From: Amoebophrya sp. A120 | Lineage: Eukaryota; Protista; Dinoflagellata | Assembly: GCA_905178155.1 (NCBI GenBank) | Contig: CAJINV010000002.1 | Location: 11,138,634-11,202,633, forward strand | Direction of reading: 5' to 3' | Length of the DNA stretch: 64,000 bases | Part shown: positions 52,201 to 64,000 of the stretch, in pieces | Layout: each line of letters starts with the position of its first letter | Numbering within the stretch: position 1 is the first letter of the stretch | Program-made: the position numbers and the translations under genes | Notes under the pieces: generated by a model | Database searches by the model: none | Told to the model about the DNA's origin: nothing | What the model saw: the letters and a program-made list of their open reading frames with translations, nothing else

Positions 52201-55200
52201 ATGGCGGAGACCTTCGCATTCAACGCTGATATTCAGCAGTTGATGTCCTTAATCATCAACACCTTTTACTCCAACAAGGAGATCTTCCTGCGTGAGTTGA
52301 TTTCCAACGCTTCCGATGCGCTGGATAAGATCCGCTACGAGTCCATCACGGACCCGGAGAAGATTGAGTCCCAGCCGAACTTCTTCATCAAGATCATTCC
52401 GGACAAGACCAACTCCACGCTGACCATCGAAGACTCCGGGATTGGTATGACCAAGAACGAGCTGGTCAACAACTTGGGTACGCTTTTGCGCTTCACCTTT
52501 TTTTTACTTCCTGCGCGTTTGCCTGGAGCTCGTGATTGTCGCTTCAAGCGACTTGTTTTCAGATTCTTTAAATTGCCTATGACTGCTGGACCTCAAGCAT
52601 CAGGCGAAGATTGTGATTTTGTCGTTTGTTTTTTGTTGTATGTGCCCTCATCAAGGAAGCCATTGTGTAACTATTTAATTTACAACCACAGGTACGATCG
52701 CGAAGTCCGGAACCAAGGCCTTTATGGAGGCTATGTCCGCTGGTGGCGATGTTTCCATGATCGGTCAGTTCGGCGTGGGTTTCTACTCCGCCTACCTGGT
52801 TGCCGACAAGGTGCAAGTCGTTTCCCGCAACAACGACGATGAACAGTACATCTGGGAATCCGCGGCCGGTGGGTCCTTTACCGTGGTCAAGGACACCGAG
52901 CAGGTGTTCGGTGAAGTCAAGCGCGGAACCAAGATCGTCTGCCACCTAAAGGAGGACATGACGGAGTTCCTGGAGGAGCGCCGCCTGAAGGACCTGGTCA
53001 AGAAGCACTCCGAGTTCATCGGATTCCCGATCGAGCTGTACATCGAGAAGTCCGAGGAGAAGGAGGTATAAATTGTGTCGCGTTTTTCTTTTTTTGCGGC
53101 AAGTTTCAGCTACAGGAGTGAAAATGTTTGCTAGCCAAATCGATCTGAGAAGCCAGTCTGGCAGTCAGCAGGGAAAATATCAATCCGTAAAAATTGTAAA
53201 TAGGTCACGGACTCCGAGGATGAGGAGGAAGAGAAGAAAGAGGACGAGGAGAAGGAAGGTGACGAGCCGAAGGTCGAGGAAGTGGACGAGGAGAAGGAGA
53301 AAGAGGAGAAGGCCAAGAAGACCAAGAAGGTCAAGCAAATCTCCCACGAGTGGGAACAGCTGAACAAGACCAAGCCGATCTGGATGCGCAAGCCGGATGA
53401 GGTCACCAACGAGGACTACGCTGCCTTCTACAAGGGCCTGTCCAACGATTGGGAGGATCATTTGGCCGTACAATTTTTAGTTTATTGATTCACGTGATTT
53501 GAGTCGTGAACGAGACAGTCAGTAATCGTAAAGTGGGCAGTGATATCGATGATTTCTCTCGCGATGCTCATCTTCCCCACGTCTCCTTTGTTCACGTGGA
53601 GACGCGGGTCCTATGCCATCGCTACACCAAAATGGATGTTTCTTCCATGCAAGAGATTCTGAGATTTCGGTGAATCTCTTGTCCATATGGCTTCCGACAT
53701 TTCTTTTGCTACGTATGTGTACTCGTATGGAAACTACCGTGGCTGAAGACGCCTGCGCCATCTACAGATCGTGTAGTAACAAGTCGGCTCGTCTGTGTCG
53801 CTCCACTAAGTATTGATTCGAAGGAGCACCACCTCGAAATGCAACACGATAAGTACTTCTTTGTTGTTTGCAGTTCTCCAAAACTTGACTTTATTGTTTG
53901 CAGTTCTTGCACAGTCAGTGTGAATGTCCGATAATTCCAACATGAACAGGTCAAGCACTTCTCTGTCGAGGGGCAGTTGGAGTTCAAGGCATTGCTGTTC
54001 GTCCCGCGCCGGGCTCCGTTCGACATGTTCGAACAGAAGAAGAAGCGCAACAACATCAAGCTGTACGTGCGCCGTGTCTTCATTATGGACGACTGCGAGG
54101 ACATCATCCCGGAGTGGTTGTCCTTCGTCAAGGGTGTCGTCGACTCTGAGGATTTGCCGTTGAACATTTCTCGTGAGACCCTGCAGCAGAACAAGATCCT
54201 GCGCGTCATCAAGAAGAACTTGGTCAAGAAGTGCCTGGAAATGTTCGCCGAAATCGCGGAGAACAACGAAGACTACAAAAAGTTCTACGAGCAGTTCTCC
54301 AAGAACTTGAAGCTCGGTATCCACGAGGACTCCACCAACCGCAACAAGGTCGCGGAGCTGATGCGTTACCAAACCTCCAAATCCGGCGATGACCTCATCT
54401 CCCTGAAGGAATACGTCGACCGCATGAAGGAAGGCCAAGAAGACATTTACTACATCACTGGCGAATGCGTCGCGGCCGTGGACGCGTCTCCGTTCATCGA
54501 GACCTTGAAGAAGAAGGGCCTTGAGGTAATCTATAGCCTTTTCTTCTCTGTGTTTGGCGCTTCAAATGCATGTGTGATACTAAAAAAAAAGAGCAAACGA
54601 AGATGGAAGAACCATTACCATCGGTAGCGAATTTGGCTTAGCGATTGGTGATCCTGCTGTAGTATTTTGATGACCCACTAACTTCTTAGTCATCCTACGG
54701 TGAAACTCTACTCTCAGGTGTTGTACATGGTTGACCCAATCGACGAGTACTGCGTCCAGCAGTTGAAGGAATTCGACGGTAAGAAGTTGAAGTCAGTCAC
54801 CAAGGAGGGCTTGGACCTGGAGGACGAGGACGAGAAGAAGAAGTTGGAGGAGCAGAAGGCTTCCTTCGAATCCCTCTGCAAGCTGATCAAGGAGGTGCTC
54901 GGCGACAAGGTCGAGAAGGTGATGGTCTCCAACCGCGTCAGCGAGTCTCCGTGCGTGCTGGTCACTTCCGAGTACGGCTGGTCCGCCAACATGGAACGTA
55001 TCATGAAGGCCCAGGCGCTCCGCGATTCGAGCATGACCTCCTACATGGTCAGCAAGAAGACCATGGAGTTGAACCCGAACCACGCGATCATGAAGGAACT
55101 TCTCGCGAAGGCCACCGCCGACAAGGGTGACAAGACGGTGAAGGACTTGGTCTGGTTGCTCTTCGACACGTCCCTCCTGACGTCCGGCTTCAACCTCGAC

Positions 55201-55353
55201 GAGCCGACCCAGTTCGCTGGTCGCATTCACCGCATGATCAAGCTCGGCCTGTCTTTGGACGATGACGAGGATGAGGCGGATGAGGACTTGCCGCCGCTGG
55301 AGGAGGTCGAGGGAGCCGACGCAGAGGCTTCCAAGATGGAAGAGGTCGATTAA
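52201..55353 (+). CDS. HSP90: Cytosolic heat shock protein 90, 5 exons
   Basis: [68 protein letters not shown] and C-terminal MEEVD. Exons 52201-52477, 52692-53065, 53204-53467, 53950-54525, 54718-55353; all four introns GT-AG. Confidence 0.99.
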
Positions 55354-56513
55354 GCGCACATAACGGGGGTGCTTTGCGAACTCGAGTCTTGAAATGTCAG
55401 GTGTTTCACGAATGGTTCTTTATGCTCCCAGATTAGGGTTGCAAGCACGGAGTTACGTTTTGGGTTGCGATAGATTGCTGATCTTGCCATTGCCGCGCCG
55501 TGAAAATGAATTGCAAGTCGTCTGATTTGGTGACACAAAGTAGAATGAACCGACAATGCACAAATAGCGGGAACAAGACGTCGTGGACTTCTACGTTCGT
55601 ATGAGGCTGACCTTTCCGCCGGCAATGTCTCCCTCTGTGATGCGCACGTTGTGGTCCTCTTTGCAAGATTTCGATTGTTACGTATTTCTGAAGATGCCCT
55701 AGATTTTCAACTAACTCTATTTAGATGAAGACAACTTCAACTACTTCCTTTGAAAGCCGCCGCACACTAGATTCCTCTGCCTGCAGACAGTTGGCCCGCC
55801 GATTTATTGGCATGCGAGAGGTCGTTCTTTTGGTTCAATGGTTGTGCAACTTCACTTCTTGGAGCCAAATTTCTCAACTTCACAAACCAACTTGCAATGT
55901 ACCTTTTACGAAACACGAAGGAAAAAAAGTAGATATTATGTGAGAGCAGGACGCAGTGGAAGTGGTAGCTCCATAACCATACCGCCGCTCCCGCGAGTGC
56001 CTGCTATTCCTGTCCTGTCATCTTTATTGTGACCGTGTTCTTCGTCCAGAGAAATGAGAGTCCCAACACGTGTAGGTCGAAGTGCTTGAGAAGCAAGTGT
56101 GGTAGTAGAAGTCACTTTCCGTGTGGGCATCAGCTGCTGTAGTTCATCGCAGACATGAATGGTGTGAAGGAAGATTGAGCGGGAGCTGCACCACTATCTC
56201 TTCGATCTACTTTATCCGATTCCAATAGCGAGTAGATTCAGTCTTTCCTGCTGGTATACATCTCTGTCAGTCTCGGTCCGTCTGTCGTCGCCACTACTTC
56301 TTCCACGACTCGAATATGTAAGGATGGCCCGCCTGGAAAACCGTTCGCTTTCTCGCGGGCCCTACGTACCGTTTCGCTTTCTCGCGGGAACCCCGTCGTG
56401 ACGCGGGACCTCAGCCTTCGCGCGGCCTGCTTCGTGGGGTTCCAACGTCGAGAGCGGCCGCAAGTGCTTCCCAAGAACAGGCACCCAGCTGTAGAACGGT
56501 ACCAAGGGTTGCA

Positions 56514-59500
56514 ATGGTAGCGACCTCGAAGTCGAACATGACTCCGCGATCCGGAAAGGTGTCGTTGTTGACCGGCGATTCGCACACCATTACCGGCGTG
56601 GATATTTCTATTTTGAACCCCCCAGGGCCAGGGGGCGGCTCCGGTGGAGAAGCGGAACGCACCGACAAGCTTAGCGCAGTGTCTTCGACCGCGAATCCCG
56701 ATTTCCCTAACTCGAGCGGCTGGAGCGACGGTCTACAGGGACGCGTGGGTAGCCAGAGCCACCAGCATACTATACCTATGCGGGAGCATCAGAAGATCTT
56801 GCTAGGCCGTGACATCGTAGTTCGCGCTGGAACCGCTGCTGAGCGTCGACATTTTGGAGCGATCTTTGGCGAGCATTGTGATGGAGGAATCATCGATAAT
56901 TGTGCGACAATCTGGTGCGCAGCCTGCGGGCGGGTGTGGTCGCGGGATGTTGTGCGGGAGCCGACGGCAAGCTTATTGCATCCTCGGTACGCTTCGGAGA
57001 GCGCGAACCTCTTCGATGGCCTGGGGAAGCCCGTGCAGGAGAAACTCAATCATCTCGCAGGCGCCTTTCTGACGAAGCCGCAGATCATAGGGAGAAGCCC
57101 CTTCGCGCCTGCCACAGAAGAGGCACAATGTCTCGCTGACGCCAGGGCCCTGTTCGTCACCGTGGTAAACCCGCTCGGTCTCCTTGTGCCTTTGGCCTGC
57201 GTCAACCGCTTTGCACCCGCCGTGACGCCGGCGCTTGCAGGAAACACCTCGCCGCGGTCCTCGAGTTGGTTTCGCGGTTATACGTCAAGACCATGCCGCT
57301 GCCCCTGTGGCGTCTTTGTCGGGTGGCAGTTGGAGGAAGAGCCGCCGCGGCACGAAGGCGCCTCGTCGAAGACCGATAGCGAATCTGGTCTTCAGACATC
57401 ATCAACAGGAAACGCAAGGTCCAATCTGTGGGAACAGGTTTCGCGTCCATTGGTATTTCGGACGACAGGCGAGGAAAGCTATGCGCTTCTCAGCAGCGGT
57501 GTGGGACCGTCGAAGAAGTATGGAGAAGCCGAATGCCGCATGTATGCAGCTGGTAGTTTTCCGAATGCGCCTATTGGCACGAAAGTTGTCGCGGGGTCGT
57601 GGTCAGGAACAACTCCTGCCTCCTTGGCGTTGACGCAATCCATACTGCAGTCTGTTGCGGTGGAGCGTAGCGAGCAGCGAACATTGTCTAATGTTGCCGA
57701 AACATCCTCTAGTGCTGATCCTTTATCTTTGCAGACGAAGTCGAAGGCGCTACCTGCAAGCAACGCAGCTGCGGCGTTTCCTTGCAGTCTGGGGCAAGCG
57801 CGGCAAGGCACAGCGGCACAGCAGATCCTGAAACAGGCACCGCAGGTCACGAGTGGTGGAGTCACGGAATCAACAACGGAAAACCGAAAAAACGAAGCTA
57901 CGCTCGCAAATCAAGATGCGGCAGACGCTGTCAATGTGATGGAGAGTGGCAACGTTTTGCAGTACGCAGGCCGCAGTGCGGACAAATTGCCCCCCTCCAG
58001 TGCTAAACGACCCATGCGGCGGCCCCCGCCGCTGTTGCTCCATGCTGACAGCGGAGAAGAGCAGTCGCCGAGCTCCGTTGGTGCAAGTGCGCCAGCCGAT
58101 ATGGATACAACCTCCACCGTCGATGCGAAAACACACGTCGGCGGACTTCCTTGCGTTCTGCTGCAAAGTGAAAGTATTGATCGACGACCTCATCGTGCTG
58201 TCAGCGAAAACAAGGCGACAAAAGCGCAGGTCGTCGCAGATACGGAGGAGACAACTAGAAGACTCGGAGTGTTAGCCAGCGGAGTCGAGTACAACGGAGC
58301 CAAAGGAGGTACTGAAGAAACTGCGGCTCCAAACGGTTCCTGTACAACCCCATTGGTTCCGAAGATTAAACCAGACACGGAAGAAGTCGAGCGAGCAGCC
58401 CCAGGAACTCCGACATCGAAGACGAAGCCGAAGAACGCTAACGGTAATGCAGCAGCTAGAGCTGCGCCAGCTCCATCGTTGTCATCGCGTGCGCGTCCGC
58501 GCGCTCGCCCAACAAGTGGCATCCGGCGCCAGATGCAGCGCGTGCTGGCAGCCGGCGCGATTGATGTCGGGGTAGCGCCCTCGTCGATAACAGCGGCTCA
58601 CAACACTAGCACAGGTCCTAGTAATTCTGCGACCGCAAACGGATCTGCACCTGCCCGGCACACGCAACACAATCGGGCCGTCTCTACTTCGAGTGCAGCT
58701 GTTAACGAAGGAGCCTCCAATGCGAAAAAGACGAAGTCAGCAAATAACGCTGCGCTCGAAGCAACTGCAACTAGTTCAGTTCTATCGACTTCGGCGTCTG
58801 ACATTCGCACCAAGTTGCGGACGCTGCTCTTCGCAGGAGCGCCGCCCGACGGTCGCCTGCCGAACGAACCTAATGGCCCTCCCTTGGCCCCGCAGCAACC
58901 GGCAATTGGGCGTGGACAGAACGTAGAGGGTGACAGGAACCGCGACATGACAGGTAAAGAGAAGCTGTGGGATCCAGGCTGCGTGAGATCACCGGAAAGG
59001 TCAACATTAGGAACTAAAGTAGCGACATGCTCTGCGCAAATCGCTGCTTCATCATTCAGTGGAGTGACATCAAGTTGTGAAGCCACATTTCAAGAAAGCC
59101 ATGACTGTACTACGCTGCCTTCGGAAGTGGTGCCTCCACCGATGAACCCCATCGCTTCTACTTCTGGAGCCCCGTCAGCGTGGCTCGGCAAGGAACCTTC
59201 GGTCCAAGATTTGCATCTCTTCAACGTTGCGCCCCCCACTGGAAGATCGATGCCGGTATCTGCAAGAGATCACAAAGTAGGAGGCCGCACTCCCAGCAGT
59301 GCCATCGGAGATTCGGGTGCTGTGCTTTTCCTAAACAAGACGCGGCGCTCCTCCGCTCTCATGCAAAGCCCGACGCCCGGCGCCTTCGGGACCACGAAGA
59401 CGAATGTCAAAGCGTTTCCTTCTTCTAGTGCCTCATCCTCTACTTCGTCCGCGCGTCTAACGAGGCGCTACACGACTGGTGGAAGCCATCTGTATCAGAG

Positions 59501-61376
59501 ACAAGTGACAATGCAAATGGTTCTTGTGGTGCTTGATCAGAAGGTAGAGGTAGTACAGTTGACACTGATTCTTGTAAAATCTCACCGTCGATGTCGAACT
59601 CGAAAGGGAACGCGAACGGTCTGATAGTCTTACTGTATTGCTACTTCACGGGTCTTGGGCGAGGCCTTGTAGCACCACGAGCACGAATTGCGTAGAAGAG
59701 TGTGATCATGCATTTCATTCGTCCTCCTGGTATACTTGGCTATCCTCCCCCGCTTTCGGCACTCCGACCACCAGATCCAAGCTGGAGCGCAGCGCCGCCC
59801 TTGCCACTAGTTGCGGCTCACCCGGCGAGAAAAAGAGCGACCACATGCGGCTTGAGCTCGCGCAGTACGATCTGCACGCGACGACCAAGGCAACAGCGAA
59901 CGCGAGAGCGGGAGCGGGAGCGCCCTGTTTTATGTCGCAGCGAGTAACAACAACATCTCCTCTCACTCCGGGTCGCGGCGGAGCCGTGAAGAATGACAAT
60001 GAAGATGAGTCAACGGAAACCACAAATAATCCTGACGAAAGCGTCAGCATCTTGACGACAGCTGGGTGCGTCCTAGCAGAGACCGAAAGATGCATCGCAG
60101 ACACGGAAAAGTGCATCGCTGACATCGAGTTTACTTTCTCTGCGCCTAGTGAACAGGGTACGCCTGCGACTTCCTACCTTTTTGCTGCATCTGCAAATTC
60201 ATCTGCGGCCGCACAAATGCTTGCGCCGAAGCAGCGGGAAGCAGGCACACATGAGGTATGATGTGCCGGTGGAGCATATTAATGTTGCTATGGTATTGGT
60301 TTAGGTCTAGAAGATGATGATGAAAATAAAGTCCTCTACTAGTCATCTTCGCGAATAACTCCGACGTAATTTCGCAATTTCCGTAGAAGCAGTTACAACA
60401 GTCATAAAGATCTACTTTCTCCGCTCAGTTGTCCTGCCATCGTTTTTCACAGGACAACCGCACATCAAAGGAGCGACCACCACCTGCATCTTCTACGCCT
60501 ACCAGCCCTCCTGTGGCTGCGCAGCACCATCCACGAGGACGGACAAGCCAGTGCGATCATGCCACGGACGAGCGTAGTTTTCTTGCACGGGCGTCCTTGC
60601 ACATGCTGCAGCATCACGCATCAAGCTCGGGCGACAAGGACAACGAGGTTCTTGGGAAAAAAACGCGTCATGTGAAGGCACCCACGTCGTCCTCCTTGTC
60701 AGAAGTAGACGCAAACGGAGTTCGGGCGCAGCAAGATAAAGGAGAAGCTTCTATCGCTTGGCAGCGGGGCAATTCCCGCTGCTCTCCGTCATCATCACCC
60801 AAGTCGTTCTTGGGAGGCCAGCTTCTGCAAAACGAAAGCAAGAACAACAACGACGGGACAGCGGCAGGGTCACGCTCACGTAACGCCCCGAGTAGCAGGT
60901 CTTCTCCCGGTTCTTGTGCACCTCTCCTGGCAGCGGTATCACAGTTGAAGAAAAGCTACGGGCTTTCCGCCGGTCTGAAGGCTGGCGTGGCTACTCCGGC
61001 TTCTGCGAAGAAAACCACGCGCCCACACGATAGTGTTGATGCAAAGAGCAGACCTTCCTCGACCACGGGGGAAGACGTAGTTCAGGCTCTGTGGCAGCCG
61101 CCGGCACTACCTGCCACCCTCTCGTCCGAACGCCCACGGGTACACGAAAGTCCTCTAGTAGTTCAAAGCGCTGCCAGCAAAAATGGCGTCGCAGGAAGCT
61201 ACTTGTCGATGATCGCAAATTCGAAGCGTCGGTACATGCCGTCAAAGCAGAACGGTCGCGGCTCCGGAAATTCTGCAGGAATAGGCGCGGATGGATACGA
61301 GAAGAGGAAGGGAAAGGGTATTACGGCAACGATGGAACGGACCCGGCACACTAATACACAAATGTCAAAAGAATAA
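56514..61376 (+). CDS. Large low-complexity protein with N-terminal cereblon CULT/Yippee-like Zn domain
   Basis: IWCAACG...VVNPLG...SSWFRGYTSRPCRCPCGVFVGWQL; in-frame introns ~59492-59627 and ~60256-60452 join ORFs 56514, 59638 and 60429. Confidence 0.65.
59493..59626. mobile_element. Possible old introner now bounded by GT-AG
   Basis: ATCTG|TATCAGA...TCTGATA|GTCTT; both 139-nt TSD-type removal and 136-nt GT-AG splicing keep the frame. Confidence 0.45.
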
Positions 61377-62369
61377 GGAGCTCAGCTGGCGAACCCCACG
61401 GAGTCAACTAAGTATGTATTTCTAGTGCGAGTGCGGCGCTGCCTTTTTGTTTTTGCGAAAAAAAAAAACTATTGCAGCTATAGACTTCGTCGAACAACAA
61501 CAAGTCACGACCACTCCATCTTTTTATGTCTGAAAGTTTATTTTCAAAAGCATAGCCCCACAAGTGACAGAAAATCAATAACGTACATCAAAAACAATGA
61601 AACTAGAAGAGACAAACTACGTCGAAATGCACTTTCCGTCGTGCAAAACGATCGGAGAACAAGAGAAGTCAAAATCAAAGAGTGCATTCACTTTAGAGTA
61701 AAGGAACAAAAAGAAAACAAGAGGAATACACAGCAACTCCAAAACCAAAGCCAACTCATGCTTGCGATGAAGTCAGATTGCACACGGATTGGCAGTTCTT
61801 GTTCTTCGTGTTCCTATGCTTGAAAAATACGCACCAGTCCTTATGCGCTAGTTGCGAAATGGATAAAAGGCCGCTATTTTCGTAAGCCGACCTATTCCGA
61901 GAATTTGTACGATCTTAATCTTATGCTGGGCATGTCATGAATGTATCTTTAACGCGAAGTTCAAGTTTAAAGTATTGCTTCGTCGCTTGATGTTTTCTGG
62001 TTGCGGTATGCATTCTGAATGGTTCGTCTCAGTCCTCGTTGGTGTTGGCCGAGCAGCTCCAGGTCGTGTTGCTCAATATACGTTTGCCTCTTGCCGACAC
62101 CGAGCTGTGCCTTTTGTGCTTGAATTGTTCTACTTCATTTAAAAGCGCCAACGGTCAGCATTGCATTGCTCGAGTTCTTTTAATTCGCTTCTCCTTCTAA
62201 GTACGGTTGTTCTACCTAGTAGCAGCAGCAGGTGTAGGAGTAGGTCAGCTTCACGACCAAGAGCACAGATCTTTCACCAGGAACTCGTTGTTCTGCTTCT
62301 GTTACTCTCAATCTCTTTGTCTCAGTAGTTCCCTCGTGTGCTCGACACAACTCAAGCAACGACCAGAAG

Positions 62370-64000
62370 ATGGCTCCCGCTGTTTCCACCATGCTGTCCC
62401 GCAGTAAGCGAGGCTTGTTTTCTGCAGCGTTGCTCGCCGGAGCGACCACAGCTGCTCCGGTCAAGAAAATGACGGCGGTGATCAAAATTCTGGAGGACAT
62501 GCGGGACGAGATCGAACACGACCAAGCCGAGGACGAAAAATCGTATAGAATTTATTGTCCTCGTGGTCCCGTCGGTCATGTGCGGAGCTCCTTCCTGGTG
62601 CAAAAACAAAAAGTTCAAGTTGTACAAAACTCTGAAGCCGAATTCGATTGATTTTGTTGCTGACACGCAGCAAATACATAGTTGAATAATTATGGCTTCT
62701 CGAGCGCCACATGAAACAAACGACCTAGGTACGCCAAGATGGAGTGTTGGTGCAAGAAGAACGACATGACCTTGTCGGAAGCCCAGGCCGCGGCGCAGGC
62801 GGAGTTGGAGCGGTTGCGCGCGAGCGTGACGGCCAACACGGCCGAGGCCGCGGCGCTGGCGACCGAGTTGGAGGGAATGGAAAAGGAGCTGAAGCAGGCG
62901 CGCGAGTCGCTGGACGAGCTGATCACGATGAACACGAAGCAGGTCGAGGAATATCCAGGAAAAAACACCCATCCACATCCAATTTGTGACGCAAAACACA
63001 TATCGATATCAAATCACTTCGTGTGTTTGTAATGCAAAAAATGGATGTGGATTGGTTTTTTTCTGTGCATAAGGAAGATGGGAAGACCGTAGCCGAGTAC
63101 ACGGAGTCCATTACCGCCCTCGCCAACGCCCTCACCGTTATCCACAGTAAATTGCCCGTACACGTACCAATGCAGTCCCAGTCTCTGCATGACAAAACTT
63201 GCCTTCAATCCTAGTCTAGCATGACAAGTTGGACACTGCAAGTTAGCGAAATTTGTCATGCATTTTGTACATGTGCGGGAAATTTACATTGCATATCCGT
63301 TCTGAACAAGCACCAGCCGGGGCTGACGCAGAAAAAGGTGGTCTTGGAGCTGCGCAAGCACGTGTCGGCGCACAGCGACATGCTGGACGCGCTGCTCGAG
63401 CCCAGCCAGCGCCGGGAGCTGAACGCCTTCCTGCAACAGGACACCCGGCAGAACCAGAAGCAGAACCCGACCAGCCCGGCCTACTCCAGCCAGTCCGGGC
63501 AGATTTTCGGGATCCTCGCCCAGATGAAGGAGGAATTCGAGTCTGATTTGGCCACCCTGAAGGAGAAGGTGGCCTCAGACAAGGTCACCTACAACAAGCT
63601 GAAAAAATCCAAGGAGGAGGGCATCGCCGACCTGGAGAAGGGCATCACCTCGAAAACCAGCCGCAAGGCGGACGCCAAGCAGGAGGCGGCCGACGCCAAG
63701 CAGCAGATCGCGGACATCGAAAAGACGATGGCAGCCGATCTGGAATTTCTCGCGGAGGTGAAAAAAGTGTGTCCGAAATCCTCCGAAGAGTTTGCGAAGC
63801 GCACGGAGGACCGACACATGGAGTCGCAGGCTATCGACAAGGCGGTCGAGATTCTGGGCAGCGACGAGAACCGCGACTTGTTCGACAAAACCGTGGAAAA
63901 GGCGCCGGCGCTCGCCTTTCTGCAGACGGGCATGATGAAAAATTCCAAGGAGGTGGCGAGCAAAGTGGTGCAGAATCTGGTATTTCCATGTATGAACAAA
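62370..64000 (+). CDS. Dinoflagellate-type coiled-coil protein with N-terminal hydrophobic leader (partial, runs off the window)
   Basis: Motifs VIKILEDMRDEIEHDQAEDEKSYAKMECWCKKN, ALTVLNKH, YSSQSGQIFGILAQMKEEFESDL and AFLQ. GT-AG intron 62543-62728 plus two TIR-type introns. Confidence 0.8.
62952..63071. mobile_element. Introner-like TIR element, TSD AGGAA
   Basis: AGGAA|TATCCAGGAAAAAACACCCATCCACATCCA ... TGGATGTGGATTGGTTTTTTTCTGTGCATA|AGGAA; removing 125 nt gives KQVEE-DGKTVAEY; can be written as GA-AG intron 62949-63073. Confidence 0.85.
63139..63295. mobile_element. Introner-like TIR element, TSD ACCGT/TCCGT
   Basis: TATCCACAGTAAATTGCCCGTACACGTAC ... GTACATGTGCGGGAAATTTACATTGCATA; contains an in-frame stop; removing 162 nt gives ALTV-LNKH. 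Confidence 0.88.

Noticed and set aside
53066-53203. HSP90 intron 2 (GTAT...ATAG) as a converted introner
   Set aside because: No TSD or extended inverted repeat, and the spliced protein has no extra residue.

Overview
Eukaryotic, gene-dense genomic window with an assembly gap at 521-1289. Gene content, unidirectional + strand gene order and intron style point to a dinoflagellate/syndinian, most likely Amoebophrya-like (inference). The first ~14 kb is repeat-rich: palindromic satellites, a frameshifted SWIM-finger pseudogene and a 3.2-kb foldback element with a TAT target duplication. After that come intron-containing genes: a 3,300-aa low-complexity protein, a zinc-finger protein, SAS-4/CENPJ, two hypothetical coiled-coil genes, cytosolic HSP90, a cereblon-CULT-like domain protein and a dinoflagellate coiled-coil family gene truncated by the window end. 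The main finding is about ten 120-345 bp elements bounded by TAY...ATA inverted repeats and 5-bp target-site duplications that sit inside coding sequence. Removing the element plus one duplicated copy restores the reading frame in every case, usually without GT-AG. A 1.35-kb non-coding transposon at 44475-45829 has the same termini and 5-bp TSD, linking these non-canonical introns to a DNA transposon family. All exon structures were derived by eye and need RNA confirmation.
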